Notes: generated by a model from the letters alone, not told the origin. A DNA stretch of 64,000 nt from Chiloscyllium plagiosum (GCF_004010195.1 NC_057757.1:5370430-5434429), one strand, 5' to 3'. Counted from the first letter of the stretch, positions 36,335-49,847 are shown. Numbers and translations: made by a program.

Positions 36335-39300
36335 TGCTTAGCCACACTGGCCTCGCAATCCCACCCCCATTGGTTCGATCTCCACACTGCACACACCCAT
36401 TCTCCACAGAAGGAGAATAGATTAAAGTGAGGGAAAAAAAAGTGAAAGAAGGAAAAGAAAGTGCCAGCAGATGAACTCCAGGCAGGAGCCCACAAGCTGC
36501 ACATCCTACTCTGCTGCCATCTTGAATTGGAATGGACTGCACTGGGTTGGGCATGGGCGCAGTGGAAGTAGGAATGGTCACCCAGAGGAACTTGGGAGTA
36601 AGCCCTTTCGCCAGACAGTGGTGAGAACGTGGAACTGGCTTACCCAGGAAGTGATTGAGGCGGGAAGGGGTGAAGGGAATAGAAGCCAAGGGAGATGTGT
36701 GCAAGGGAAGGGGGCTGGTAGCATGACTCTCGACCCACACAAGGTGGGAAGGGGGCTCCGGGGTCACAGACTCCAAGCTGCCCAATGTCTCAGGGATTTC
36801 TCGTGTGGTGGGCAGAAGGGTCTGTTGCTGTGCTGTACCGTCCTATGTAGCCCTGCTCAGATGGGTCTCTCTGTCTGTAACCCCCTCCCCACCCACCCAC
36901 CCCAACCAGCATCCTGCCCCCTACCGCCCCGTTGTCACTGAGAGTTTGCAACAAATTCCAAGCGTTCGATCTGGGCTCAGTGTGGATTGAGAAGGGCCAC
37001 ACCGCATTGCGGCCTTTTGAGAGAATCTAGCGAACCGCCCACTCCATTTGTATTGAATGCCGTAACTCCTCTACTTTGGCTCTCTCCCTCTTCCATTTCA
37101 GATGAACCCGGATCACTCAGGATCGCAGACCTACGAGGAAAGCCAGCAAGCAAGCAAAGCATTCTCACACCTGTTTCCAAAACCAAATATTTCAGTTCTG
37201 TTGATGTAGCTGGGGACCAGTGGCTCTTGCACTGCTCTGGCAGTCTGACTTTTTTTTTCTCAACCTGAAATTATTCATCTGTACCTGCTGGTAATTTGGC
37301 TTGTTCCCTGTTGTTGCTTTCCTTTTCTCTCAAGGTTTGCCTGTGTCCCCACTTTGCCCCTTTCAATTCCTGTGTTGACCCTGACAACTGTTAGGCCTTG
37401 CTGTGTCTTGCACTGACCATTAGGGAGCAGCAGATGACAGCGTCAAACAAGGGTTTGGGTTTGTATGGGGAGATGAAAGAAAAGATCAGCTGGTCTGAGC
37501 CTCAGAACTTCTGAGGAAGAGTCACTGGACCCCAAACTCTGATTTCTCTCCACACGTGCCACCAGACCAATTTCAGCAGTTCCTTTTTTGTTTCTGATCT
37601 CCAGCATCAACTGGTTTTGGTTTTTATGAAGGAGATCATTATTGGACAGAGAGCAAGCTGTGTCAGTACATTGCCATTTTAAGCAATGGATGTGACATTT
37701 TCCAAAGGATACTGTCCCGTGCAAGCATGGTTGAAAGTAAGGGATTTAATTGTAGACACAGCATGACCTTTATGATGCCGTGTTCAGGAATGGTTGAGAT
37801 TTCAGCTGAGCCTTGAGTCTGCCATCTTTCTCCCCACTCCCCTGTGTCGTCTGAAGCTATGAGGCTGAGGAGGCAGAATTCCCCCTTCCACAAAATTAAT
37901 CCTTAAAACTTTGAGATGGGAGTTGAAGACGCAAAAATATTTCAGTTTCTTTCCGGAACAAAAAAGCAGGAATTGCCGGAAAGCTCAGTGGGTCTGGCAG
38001 CATCTGTGGAGAGAAATCGGAGTTTACATTTCAGGATCCAGTGACCCTCAGAACTCGAGCCAGAATGTTAACTCTGATGTCTCTCCTCAGATGCTGTCAG
38101 ACCCGCTGAGCTTTTCTAGCAGTTTCTATATCTGTTTCTGATTTTAGCATCTCCAGTTTTTCCTTCAGCTCCAGCCAGACTGTGCTTTTACTGAGACAGT
38201 GTTGATTTCAGTTTTAAACTCTGAACTGTGTCAGGAACCAAATAAAAAGACGCAGGGGTGATTTTAACTTTTTCTTTAGTTTACACGTTCCGTGAACATG
38301 GGTGTGGCTGCTTAGAGGACAACTGAGAGTCAACTACATGGGCTATAGGTCTGGAGTCACATGTAGGCAAGACTGGGTAAGGATGGCAGATTTCACTTCC
38401 CTGAAGTAGATGGGCTTTCTGGGGAGGAGTTGAGGGAGGGGGTGTTGCGGGTAGGGAGAGGGTGATGAGGGAGAGAGGGTGTTGCGGGTGAAGGCAACAG
38501 CTTAGTGGTATTATCGCTGGACTGTTAATCCAGAGATCCAGGTCATGTTCTGGGGACCTGGGTTCAAACCCTGCCCACGGCAGCTGGTGCAATTTGAATT
38601 CAATTTAAGAAAAATCTGGAATTAAGAGTCTAACGATGACAGTTGTCAGGAAAGCCCATCCGGTTCACTAATACCCTTTAGGGAAGGGATCTGCCATCCT
38701 TACCTAGTCCAACCTTACATGTGACTCCAGACCCACATCCAATGTGGTTGACTCAAACTGCCCTCTGGGGCAATAACTGCTGGGCAATAACTAGTGATGC
38801 TCTCGTTGCGAGTGAATTTTTAAAAAATTACCAACAGTAGTTATTGGCCAAGCTTTCTTTCATTCTAGTTTCCTTTCCATATATCGATTCAATGTTCACC
38901 GTCTGTAATTTGTTTATTGACAATCTACTGGGGTTCCCGTAGCTGGAGAGATTTATCAGAGAGCTGAGATGTTGCAGAACTCACCTTCTGCGCGTGTGTA
39001 GTCCACATAGCTGACTAGTGAACCTATTCTGATGAATCGTGAACTGGGGAAATAAATGCTGCCCCTCTGCTCCAGTATGAAGGAGCTTTCTCTTATTCCT
39101 GAGCGTGCTGCCCTTCGGGAGAAAGGGAATGCATATCGGTGTTTCTAACACACACAATCCCAATACGGTCAAGATTAAGGTCGACTGTCATATGATCTGG
39201 GCTCATAGTCGGGCAATAACCATGTGCCAACAGCCCCAAGGGACCTATGTACAGAAGGTTGAGTGACAATGCGTGTTTCAAATAGAACAGCAGAGCATTC

Positions 39301-40544
39301 TCTGAACGCTCAGTGGGTCTCTCTGCCTCTCTGAAAGATCACTAACCTAAAACGCTAACCCTCGTTATCCACAGACGGTGCCTGGCGTGTTGAGTAATCG
39401 ATTGTGTTTTTGCTTTGAATTTCCTGCGCCTGCTGTACTTAGCTTCAACCTTGTTAATGGTTGGAGAGTTTTAAGTTGAGGCAGGTGTTTGCACAGTAGT
39501 TTATTTTATTTCACAACTCTCTGTTTTTATTTGAAGTGAACATAGCTGTCAAGAGCCCATTATCTTCCTGTAGGTATGCTTTCCGTTTGTGCACCTAATT
39601 AGCCTTTAGACGTACTGGCATGTTTTAACATGCATTTTTTTTTTAACCACAATGTTATATCATGAAAGGAACTTGGAATTAGATTCATTGAAGCTAGGCA
39701 AAGAGTTTTTTTTTAATCAGAAATAAATTTGAATGTATTTCTGTATGTCTGCCCTAACAAACTTTGCTGAAACACCACCATTCCTGATTAAATCTGTTTA
39801 TCAAAAAAGTGCTTTGGCTGTGACTGTGTGATTAAAAAGAATTAAGAGTTGGGGTTTATTGTCACGTATGCTCAAGTAGAGGAGGCCAGAAACAGGCCAT
39901 TCGGACCGACTAAGAGAAGACGGCAATGTGATCGGATTCTCACCAGATTATCTAGTTGGCATGGACAAGTTGGACCGAAGTGTCCATGCTGTACATTTCT
40001 TCCTTTCCGTTTGGAATACTGAGCTTCAAGAATGCATTGCTGTTTGCGTTGACTTCCTCACCCAACTGAAGGAGGAAGATAGCAGGACGTAGTTCAGTTC
40101 GCTGAACAGCTGCTTTAGAAGAGATCTCTACATTTTCGTCATCGTACAGCAATTAAACTCTGGCCCCCAGGGTGTGTCTGCTTTCAAAGTGTTAGACTTT
40201 GACATCTAGCAGGGTGTTTCGAAAGGTGTGCCATAGAGTCGTATTGCACCGAAATCAGTCCAATTAATCCGTGCCGACCATAACCCCAAAGTAAACTAGT
40301 CCCACCTACCTTGCCCCTGGCTCACATCCCTCCAAACCTTTCCTATTCCTGCACTTATCCAAATGTCTTTTAAATGTTGTAACTATACCAGCATCCACCA
40401 ATTCCTCTGGCAGTTCATTCCACACACGAACCACCCTCTGCAAAATAGTTGTTCCTCTTGTCCGTTTTAAATCTGTCTCCTCTCATCTTAAAAATATGCC
40501 CCTTAGTTTTGAACTCGCCCACCTTAGGGTAAAGACTGCTATTG

Positions 40545-40752
40545 AAGAGAAAATGAGGTCTGCAGATGCTGGAGATCAGAGATGGAAATGTGTTGCTGGA
40601 GAAGCGCAGCAGGTCAGGCAGCAGCTAGGGACCAGGAGAATCGATGTTTCGGGCATTAGCCTGAAGAAGGGCTAATGCCCGAAACGTCGATTCTCCTGTT
40701 CCCTAGATGCTGCCTGACCTGCTGCGCTTCTCCAGCAACACATTTCCATCTC
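40545..40752. mobile_element. Palindromic Penelope-derived insertion with a hammerhead core and 15-bp TSD, inside a CR1 fragment
   Basis: Inverted arms; taaagactgctattg at 40530-40544 and 40753-40767. Confidence 0.8.
40661..40688 (+). ncRNA. Minimal hammerhead ribozyme core (Penelope-associated, dimer type)
   Basis: CUGAAGA-A-GGGC(UAAU)GCCC-GAAA-CGUC: conserved boxes, 4-bp stem II, palindromic ACGU in place of stem III, GUC triplet. Confidence 0.55.
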
Positions 40753-41129
40753 TAAAGACTGCTATTGTTCACCTTATCTTTGCCCCTTGTGATTTTATAA
40801 ACCTCTATAAGGTCACCCCTCAACTGTATAAGTCCCGCTGTTTGCTTTACCAAAATGCAATAACTTGCATTTATCCAAATTAAACACCATCTGCCACGCC
40901 TCAGCCCGTTGACCCAAATTGACCAAGATCTTTTTTGTAATTTCTAACTCTGTAACTTTCTGAGATCTCAGTGCACCTCAATCAGTGAGTGGTTTTGGTT
41001 TCAGATTCCATATCAGCAGCAGTTTAAAACAGGAGGTAGCAGAAAAGTCAGAGGTACTGTCCTTCAGATGAGATGTCCTGTGACCCTGTCAGTGAAGGAA
41101 AATAATCCAATGGCTAATGCTTCCAAGGA

Positions 41130-42290
41130 CTCAGAAGGCTGAGGAAATTCAACATGTCCACAATGACTCATACCATTTTTTATAGGTGCAGCGCAGGAAG
41201 CATCCAATCTGGATGCATCATGGCTTAGTACAGCAACTGGCCCAGGACCGCAAGAAACTACAAAGAGTTGTGACCACAGCCCAGTCCATCACTCAAACCA
41301 GCCTCCCATCCATTGACTTCATCTACGCTTCCTGCTGCCTCAGGATAGCAGCCACTATAATCAATGACCCCTCCCGACCTGGTTATAATCTCTTCCATCA
41401 GACAGAAGATACAAAAGATTGAAAACACATACCAACAGATTCAAGAAAAGCTTCTTCCCCACTGTTATCAGATTTCTGAATGGACCTCTCATATATAAGA
41501 GTTGATCTTTCTCTGCACCTTCAGTATATGCTGCATTCTGTTCTTTTACCCTGATGTGCTTATATAAGGTGGGATTCGTCTGGATAGCATTTGTTATGGA
41601 CCAGACCAGCTTCCCTCAAAATATATTAAGAAGGTAACCTAGACTGTAACTTTTTTCTTATTTTACAGGTAAATGTGAGGTGCTGTGCTTTAGATGCAAT
41701 TCGACTGGTTAAACTACACAATGTTAAGTAAAACACAATTTATTCAAGCACTATGGTTAAAATACAACAAAAGAAAGAGAAATTATTGGAAAATGTAACA
41801 GAATAACACATTTAGTAACTATTACTAATTAACTGTTCCTATGTATATATTGGAATACATCCCATAAACACACCCTTTGGCAAAAAGGCAAATTTGAAAA
41901 CAGGTTTTGTTTCACCTGTAATCCAGCAGCCTAGCAAGAGAGTCCCCAGCTTTAGGTTATAATCAAAACAAGGGAAAATAGTTTCCACTTCTTTAAGCCC
42001 CCAACAGCAACTGTTGCTGAAAGCTAAATCTAAAAATCCTGCATCTGAGAGTGCTTGAGCCCACCCAGTCAGGCTGCTTCTATTGTTCTATTTTTTAAAA
42101 AACTCAGGGCTTCACACGTTGTTTATCTTCTCATAGACTGCTTAGTACTTGACCCCTAATCTCTTTTTGAAAGAAACTAGGACAAAATAACTTCTTAAAG
42201 CTGCAGCATTGTCTCACACACACAAAACAATACTTCCCACTGTATCTCAGTACATGTGACAATGCTAATTTAAAAAAAAAAATCAAATGC
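41130..42290 (+). mobile_element. Rex1/Babar-type LINE 3' end, split by an insertion
   Basis: LRRLRKF...QDRKKLQRVVTTAQSITQTSLPSID...NDPSRPGYNLF; the 3' tail resumes near 42220. Confidence 0.75.
41592..42217. mobile_element. Putative solo LTR (TG...CA) nested in the Rex element
   Basis: Starts tgttatgg and ends ...tcaca; homologous copy at 53793-54417. Confidence 0.5.
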
Positions 42291-42809
42291 AGGATGGGGC
42301 AGTGATGGAGGAGTGGAGGAATATCTCCTTGCTCTCCAGTGGCTGATCAACATCTCTGAAAACAAATTATTATCAGACCATTCTCAATTTCCCGTTGATG
42401 GGAGCTTACTTTGTACAAATTGTGTGCCTCTTTTAAAAGATGGGAAACACTTCAAATGCACTTCACCGGCTGTGAAAGGGACATCCTCCGTTTGGCACAA
42501 ATAAATGTCTCGTCTCAGGAAGCAAGCACTATTAACTTTCAATCACTGCATGGTTGCCCAAGGGAGATAGAATTGTGCACTGGTTGCCTCTCCTCCCAAC
42601 CTCACCAGAGACCTTATATCAAGGCCTGGACAGGGATTAATGTCTGGACACCACACTTCGAGAAGACACGGAGACAGAGCAGACAAGATTCAGGAGAATA
42701 ATTGTGGGAATGAGGGACTCGTCAACATTTATGTCACAGCAGGAGGCCATTCAGCCCACATTCCAGTCGCCTGATTGCAGTACTCCCCATCTTCCATAAT
42801 CTGTTAGAA

Positions 42810-44170
42810 TCCTTTTAGGAGGTTAACAAGCAAGTTAGACCAAGGAGAACCAATGGATGTTATCTACTTGGCCTTTGACAAGTTGCCGTATGGGGGTCTG
42901 CTGAGTAAGATAAGGGCCCATGTTATTAGAGGCAAGTTGCTAGCATGGTTAGAAGCCTGGCTGTCTGGCAAAAAGCAGAGGGTGGGGATAAAGGGGTCCT
43001 TCTCCTGTTCCCTAGATGCTGCCTGACCTGCTGCGCTTCTCCAGCAACACATTTCCGTCTCTGATCTCCAGCATCTGCAGACCTCATTTTCTCCCCATGT
43101 TATTAGAGTTGCTAGCATGGTTAGAAGCCTGGCTGTCTGGCAAAAAGCAGAGGGTGGGGATAAAGGGGTCCTTCTCAGGATGGCAGCTGGTGACAAGTGG
43201 TGTTCCACAAGGGTCAGTGTTGGGACCACAACCTTTCACTTTATACATTAACAATCTAGATGAAGGAACAGAGGGTATACTGGCCAGGTTTGCAGATGAT
43301 ACAGAGGTAGGTGGAGGGACAGGTAGTATTGAGGAGGCAGGGAGGCTGCAGAAGGATTTAGACAGGTTAGGAGAGTGGGCAAAGAAGTGGCAGATGAAAT
43401 ACAATGTGGGAAAGTGAGGACATGCACTTTGGTAGGAAGAATAGACTATTTTCTAAGTAGGGAGAAAATTCAGAAATCTGAAGTGCAAAGAGACTTGGGA
43501 GCTCTAGTCCAGGATTCTCTTAAGGTAAACTTGCAGGTTGAGTCAGTATTTAGGAAAGCAAATATAATGTTGGCATTAATTTTGAGAGGACTTGAATATA
43601 AAAGCAGGGAGGTACTTCTGAGGCTTTATAAGGCTCTTGTCAGACCACGTTGAGAGTATTGTGAGCAATTTTGGTCTCCTGGATGTCCTGGCTCTGGAGC
43701 AGGTCCAGAGGAGATTACAAGAATTTTCCCAGGAATGAAAGGAATGTTTCAGGACTTTGGGTCTATACTCGATGGAGTTTAGAAGGATAGGGTGGGGGGT
43801 GGAGGTTGGAGTCTGATTGAAACTTACAAAATACTTAATGTCCTGGACAGCCTGGATGTTGGGAACATGTTTCCATTAGCAGGAGATGAAGATTGAAGGG
43901 CACAGCCTTCGAATAAAGATTCTCCTTTAGAATGGAGATGAGGAGAAACTTCTTCAGCTGGAGAGTGGAGAATCTGTGAAATTCATTGCCACAAAGGGCT
44001 TTGGAGACCAGGACATTGAGTATATTTCAGACTGAGATTGATAGGTTCTTGGTTGTCAAGGGAGGGTCCAAAGGTTACGAGGAGAAAGCAGGAGAATGGG
44101 GTTAAGAAACTTAGCTACGATTGAATGGTGGAACAGACTCGATGGGCTGAATTTCTGCTCCTATGTCTTA
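42810..44170 (+). mobile_element. CR1-clade LINE 3' portion
   Basis: SGVPQGSVLGPQ...RFADDT, LQKDLDRLGEWAKKWQM. Confidence 0.9.
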
Positions 44171-44810
44171 CCGACTATTGTGATGCAAGTGAGTGTCTAA
44201 ACAGAGGATCTCCAAGAAGATTAAACAGTGGGTACAAGTAAATTCTGTTGAGGGGAGGGGTCAGCAGAAGGTGTGATGGACCAATAGTCCTCACCCTGAA
44301 AGTAGGAATTGGAATGAGCTTTTATGGTAGCAGTGGAAAGTTTCCAAGTCACCCCTGATGGCGCCCTGTTGGGTCCAGAAGGGGCCCACACTGAGGCCGG
44401 GAGACTCCGACCGAGGGGAGAGGGGTAGGAAGGGGAGGAAAGAAAAAGAAAAAGGAGACAGGGGAGAAATGAAGATGAGGCCGGTCTCTCAGGTGGTGAG
44501 GAAGAGGAGGGACAGGGCGTGGTCCCAGTGGGGGAATGAGCAAATGAACGCTTGAGCTGGGGATTTAAGCGGATGAAAGGGACCAATCGCAGTGAGAGGG
44601 GCATCACATGGGCTGACATCCTTAAATTCGCAGGTTTGGCTGTAGGTTGGGAAGGGAGAGGGCTAGATTGTGGCTTTGATACACGGAGTCAGCTGATTGT
44701 ATTGTATCCATTTGCGGTTCCTTTGAAATGGACACGCGCTGAAGCCGCTTTGTTACATTGTTGCAGTTTCTGGACAGAGCGTGGGATTTCCCCTTCTCCT
44801 GCCCCTCACC

Positions 44811-45024
44811 ATGTCCAGTGAGACCTCTCCCCTTCTCAACTACCGGCTCTATAACGTGGCCGGCGGGTTCGCCGAGAGCTGCGGCGGGGCCCCGCAGGAA
44901 GACGAGGTCGCCGTCTCCAGCACCGCATCCCAGCCCGATGACTCCAGGAAGCTGTCCACTTTCTTCGGGGTGGTGGTCCCCACTGTGCTCTCCATGTTCA
45001 GCATCGTGATCTTCATGCGAGTGG
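44811..45024 (+). CDS. SLC12A9: Solute carrier family 12 member 9, first coding exon
   Basis: cacc-ATG context, upstream acceptor at 44766, G|gtaaat donor. MSSETSPLLNYRL...RKLSTFFGVVVPTVLSMFSIVIFMRVG matches SLC12A9 MASESSPLLAYRL...RKLSTFLGVVVPTVLSMFSIVVFLRIG. Confidence 0.95.
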
Positions 45025-46212
45025 GTAAATGCTGCCTTTTCACGCTCATCCCGACCCCTCTCTCTCTCTCTCTCTCAATACAAATTCCCATCTGTATTCC
45101 TCCTGCAATGATTTCTCTTTCTAGAAAACGTTGACTCACTTTTTACACTAAATATCAGGAGCTGCATTTTAAAAGCTGCCCCTTGCTTCAACTGCGGCAT
45201 TTGTGTGTGTATTTTAAATGTATTTTAATGGCAGCTGCAACGTTGTATCCTGGTGACCTTTCCCTCACCTCCTTTGCTGCATTGGATGTACACCTGGAGC
45301 TCTGGGGGAGCAGTCCAGGGCTAGAGCTGACCCCTGTCAGAGGCGCCTCCTGTTAAATTGCCCTGCCTGCTTTAGCAGGCTTGTGCACCGTTCGAGAGAG
45401 CACTCTCTTCCCTCACTTTATTGGAGGGGATGTTTAGTTTTCTTTTGCAACATGAACTGAAATTGCTGGAGAAACTTGGCTGCGGTGGGAAGGGAACAGT
45501 TAATGTTTTGAGTCCTGTGACCTTTCTGAACTTAAACTGCAGTTCCGGGAACCTGTAGTGTCCCACTTGCCCCATATGTATCCTTCACTGTCGAGTTAAC
45601 TGTCTGTCGTCAGGGCCTGATGTGTCTCTGTGTGTGTGTATAAGCTCCTTGAAAAGAATCTGCTCTGAGTAAGGTGCTGGGACCTTGCTGTAAAGAATCA
45701 TAGAATCCTAAAGTGTGGAAACAGACCATTCAGCCCAATAAGTCCACGCTGACCCTCTGAAGAGTAACCCACCCCAGATCCATTGCCCAATCTTATTGCT
45801 CTACATTTACCCTTGACTAATGCACCTAATCTATATATCCCTTAACACTAAGGGTAATTTCCCATGGCCAATTCACCTAACCTACACATCTTTGTGACTG
45901 TGGGAGTAGATTACCCCACACAGACATGGAAGAGGTACCTACAGTGTGAGTTCAGTCTCTCTTGATGCTGCCTGACCTGCTGAGCACTTCAAGTGCTTTG
46001 TTTCATTTCTAATATTTTATAAATATGACTTGGTATCGCTCCTGTGAATTATCATTGCTTTTTAAAAAAAAATAATTCACACGAGCAATTTCTTTTTCTC
46101 TTGCTCCTATCCTGTGACCTTTTTGGTTTTGAAACACACTTGAAAACCATGTGCTAAATAAAGGCATACTGTATCGTTTGCTAATCTCATTGAGCTTGGG
46201 TTTACCCACTTG

Positions 46213-47672
46213 GAGTCATACAGCATGGAGACAAGCTGCTGGACCCAGTCAATCCAATTTAGTTGCCACACTAAATTAGTCCCAGCTGCCTGCTCCTGGC
46301 CCATATCCCTCCAAACCTTTCCTATTAATGTACTTATCAAAATGTCTTTTAACAACACTTTTTTTTAAAAGGCACCTGGATGGGTACATGAATAGGAAGG
46401 GTTTGGAGGGATATGGGTCGGGTGCTGGCAGATGGGACTGATTGGGTTGGGATAATCTGCTCAGCATGGACAGGTTGGACCGAAGGGTCTGTTTCCCTGC
46501 TGTAAATCTGACACTAAATGTCCTAACTGAACTTGCATCCACCACTTCCTCAGGAAGTTCATTCCACATGTGAAACATGGAATTGGGGGGGGAGGGAGGG
46601 GGACTTACTATTCACCCTACCCATCCCCCTCAGATTTTATCAATTTTTCAGGTCACCCCTCAGCTCCAGTGAAAAAAGTTCCACTCTGTTTTTGTTTAAT
46701 AACTCCATTCCCAGCAGCAGCATAAATCTTTTCTGAAACCTCTCAGTTTAATAACATCGATACTTCTTTAACCAGAACAGAGACCTTGGAGTGCAGGTGC
46801 ATAGTTCCTTGAAAGCAGAATCGCAGGTAGATAGGATAGTGAAGGTGGTGTTTGGTTATGCTTTCTTTTAGTAGTCCAGGCACTGAGTACAGGAGTTGGA
46901 AGTCGTGTTGTGACTGCATAGGACATTGGTTAGGCCACTTGTGGAATATTGATTTCAATTCTGGTCTCCCTGCTATAGGAAGGATAGACTCCGAGTCATA
47001 ATGGTGTACAGCATGGAAACAGACCCTTTGGTCCAGCCTGTCCATGCAGACCAGATATCCCAATCTAGTCCCACCTGCCAGCACCTGGCCCATATCCCTC
47101 CAAACCCTTCCTATTCATATACCTATCCAAATGCCTCTTAAATGTTGCAATTGTACCAGCCTCCACCACTTCCTCTGGCAGCTCATTCTGTACATATGTT
47201 GTGAAACTTGAAAGGGTTCAGAAAAGGTTTCCAAGGATGTTGCCAGGGTTGGAGGGTTTGAGCTATAAGGAGAGGCTGAATAGGCTGGGGCTGTTTTCCC
47301 TGGAGCATCGGCGGCTGTGGGGTGACCTTATAGAGGTTTATAAAATCATGAGGGGCATGGATAGGATAAATAGACAAAGCCTTTTCCCTGGGGTTGGTGA
47401 GTCCAGAACTAGAGGGCATAGGTTTAGGGTGAGAAGGGAAAGGTATAAAAGAGACCGGAGGGACAACCTCTTCAAGCAGAGGGTGGTATGGAATGAGCTG
47501 CCAGAGGAAGTGGTTGAGGCTGGTACAATTGCAACATTTAAGAGGCATTTGGATGGGTATATGAATAGGAAGGGTTTGGAGGGATATGGGCCCAATGGGA
47601 CTAGATTAATTTTGGATATCTGGTCGGCATGGACGAGTTGGACCAAGGGGTCTGTTTCCGTGCTGTACATCT
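46213..47672. mobile_element. Cluster of CR1 3' fragments in alternating orientation
   Basis: The CR1 3' UTR occurs repeatedly on both strands; ORF LERVQKRFPRMLPG...GDLIEVYK. Confidence 0.8.
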
Positions 47673-49847
47673 CGAACTAAAGGATGTTATCCTGTCTGTT
47701 TGCAGTGTGGTGAGCTATGGTGTGTTTGTATCCGAAAACTTCCAAGTGGTAGTGCCTGGTTACCTTCACCTTCTAGCGGTTACCCTCCTCCTACCACCCA
47801 TTATTCCTAAATGTCTGCTTCAGCGGTCTGCTTCCCTTTCTCTCAATCATGGGTAACTTGCTTCCCCTATGGTTCTACGGCCTACATGTCCAGTCTCCGG
47901 ACTCTCCCATGTCTGGAGTGGGTATTGTTAGGCCAATGGGTGTGGGGGAGAATGTGGGAACAGTGTTAGGATAAGAGGGCCCATCATCTCAGGCTGAGAT
48001 GAGAAATGAGGGTCCCCTCTGAGCTTGGGTGAATCTTTTGGACTTCAGAAAGTTGCAGATGCTCCATCATCTATTAATAGACCTTGTCTATTAATCCTAT
48101 CCATGCCCCTCAATTTTGTAAACCTCTACAAGGTCACCCCTCAGCCTCCGACGCTCCAGGGAAAACAGCCCAATCTGCTGGTCTGGCCTATACGTGACTC
48201 CAGACCCACAGCAACGTGGCTGACTCTTAACTGCCCTTTTAAAACAGTAAACCACTCGGGTGATGGGCAATGAGGGTCCCCTCTGGTGTTGTACTGACTC
48301 TTGTCGTCTCCTCATTGCTTTTTTTCGTCCTGGTTTCCATCCTTATCCCTTATCCTTGCATGTTCTCTCTCTCTTGATGTTTGGCACCGGTTAAGGGGAA
48401 AAGTTGGATATTTTAACTGTTTCAAATACCACCCGATCCTGACTGACTGCAGTGGGTGAGAATGGGGGAGTATTCTTCGTGTGTGTTCTCGTAGAGCACA
48501 GTTTCTGTTTTGTCAAGGCTGCAAGGGGGGGGTCAAAGAAACATTTTCCTTCTACTTCCTCCTCTCTCTCGTGCTCGCTGTCTCTCTAGCACAAAGCTGC
48601 CTTGTGTTTGCTGTCTCGCTGTCCCTGTTCAAATGCAGAGCACGCAATGCTGCAATGGTACCAGGGATGATTGGTAAAGCTAGCGTTTGTTCTCCAAAGT
48701 CACTTGGTCGGTACATTGAGTATAGGAGTTGGGAGGTCGTGTTGCGGCTGTACAGGACCACTTTTTGGAATATTGTGTTCAGTTCTGGTCTCCCTCCTAT
48801 AGGAAGGATGTTGTGAAACTTGAAAGGCTTCAGAAAAGATTTACAAGGATTGGAGGTTTTGAGCAACAGGAGAGGTTGAATGGACTGGGGCTGTTTTCCC
48901 TGGAGTGTCAGGGGTTGACCCTTTTTTTATAGAGCTTATAAAATCATGGGGGACATGGATAGGGTGGAAAGACAAGAACTTTTCCCTAGAGTGGGAGCGT
49001 CCAGAACTAAGGGTTTAGGGTGAGAGGGGAAAGAATATAAAAAGGACCTATGGAGCAACTCTTTCTTGGGGTGGTGTATGTATGTAATGAGCTGCCAGAG
49101 GAAGTGGTGGAGGCTGGTACAATTACAGCATTTAAAAGGCATCTGGCTGGGTATATGAATAGGAAGGGTTTGGAGGGAAATGGGCTGGGTGCTGGCAGGT
49201 GGGACTTGATTGATTGATTTAGGTGGGCATGGACGAGTTGGACCGAAGGGTCTGTTTCTGTGCTGTAGGACTCTGATTGATTTGATTCTTGCGGGACAGA
49301 AATCTAAGAGGAGCTTTGGGTTTAAAATCATTTTGATTTTTGACAGAGGGGATGAGTGGTAGGAGGTTTACCGACCAGAGGAGACTCTTTTAGGAAAGAT
49401 AAAAGATGCTGTTGAAAGCAAGATAATCCGGCCCGGAAGAGCCCTGTCTTCAGCTGGTATTGAAAACCGAAATGACTGCAGATGCTGTAAATTTGACAAA
49501 GTGCAGGTCAGGTGAATTGGCTGTGCTAAATTGCCCGTAGTGTTAGAGTCAGAGGGAAATGGGACTGGGTGGGTTACTCTTCAGAGGGTCGGTGTGGACT
49601 TGTTGGGCCGAAGGGCCTGTTTCCACACTGTAGGGAATCTAATCTAAACTTAATAAAACAGAAATGGCTGGAAAAGCTCAACTGCTCTGGCAGCATCTTG
49701 GGAGAGAAATTGGAGTTAATGGCTTAGATCTAGTGCTGCTTGTTCAGAGCCTTTCCTCATGACCTGGATGGATTGGCCTCCAGTTTGGGGTTTGAAATGT
49801 TAACATGGCCTACGTGTGACTCCAGACCCACAGCCTTGGTGTTGATC

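Noticed and set aside
36410..36520. Purine-rich segment after an acceptor-like ctccacag as another coding exon
   Set aside because: Early stops in all three frames; at most a UTR exon.
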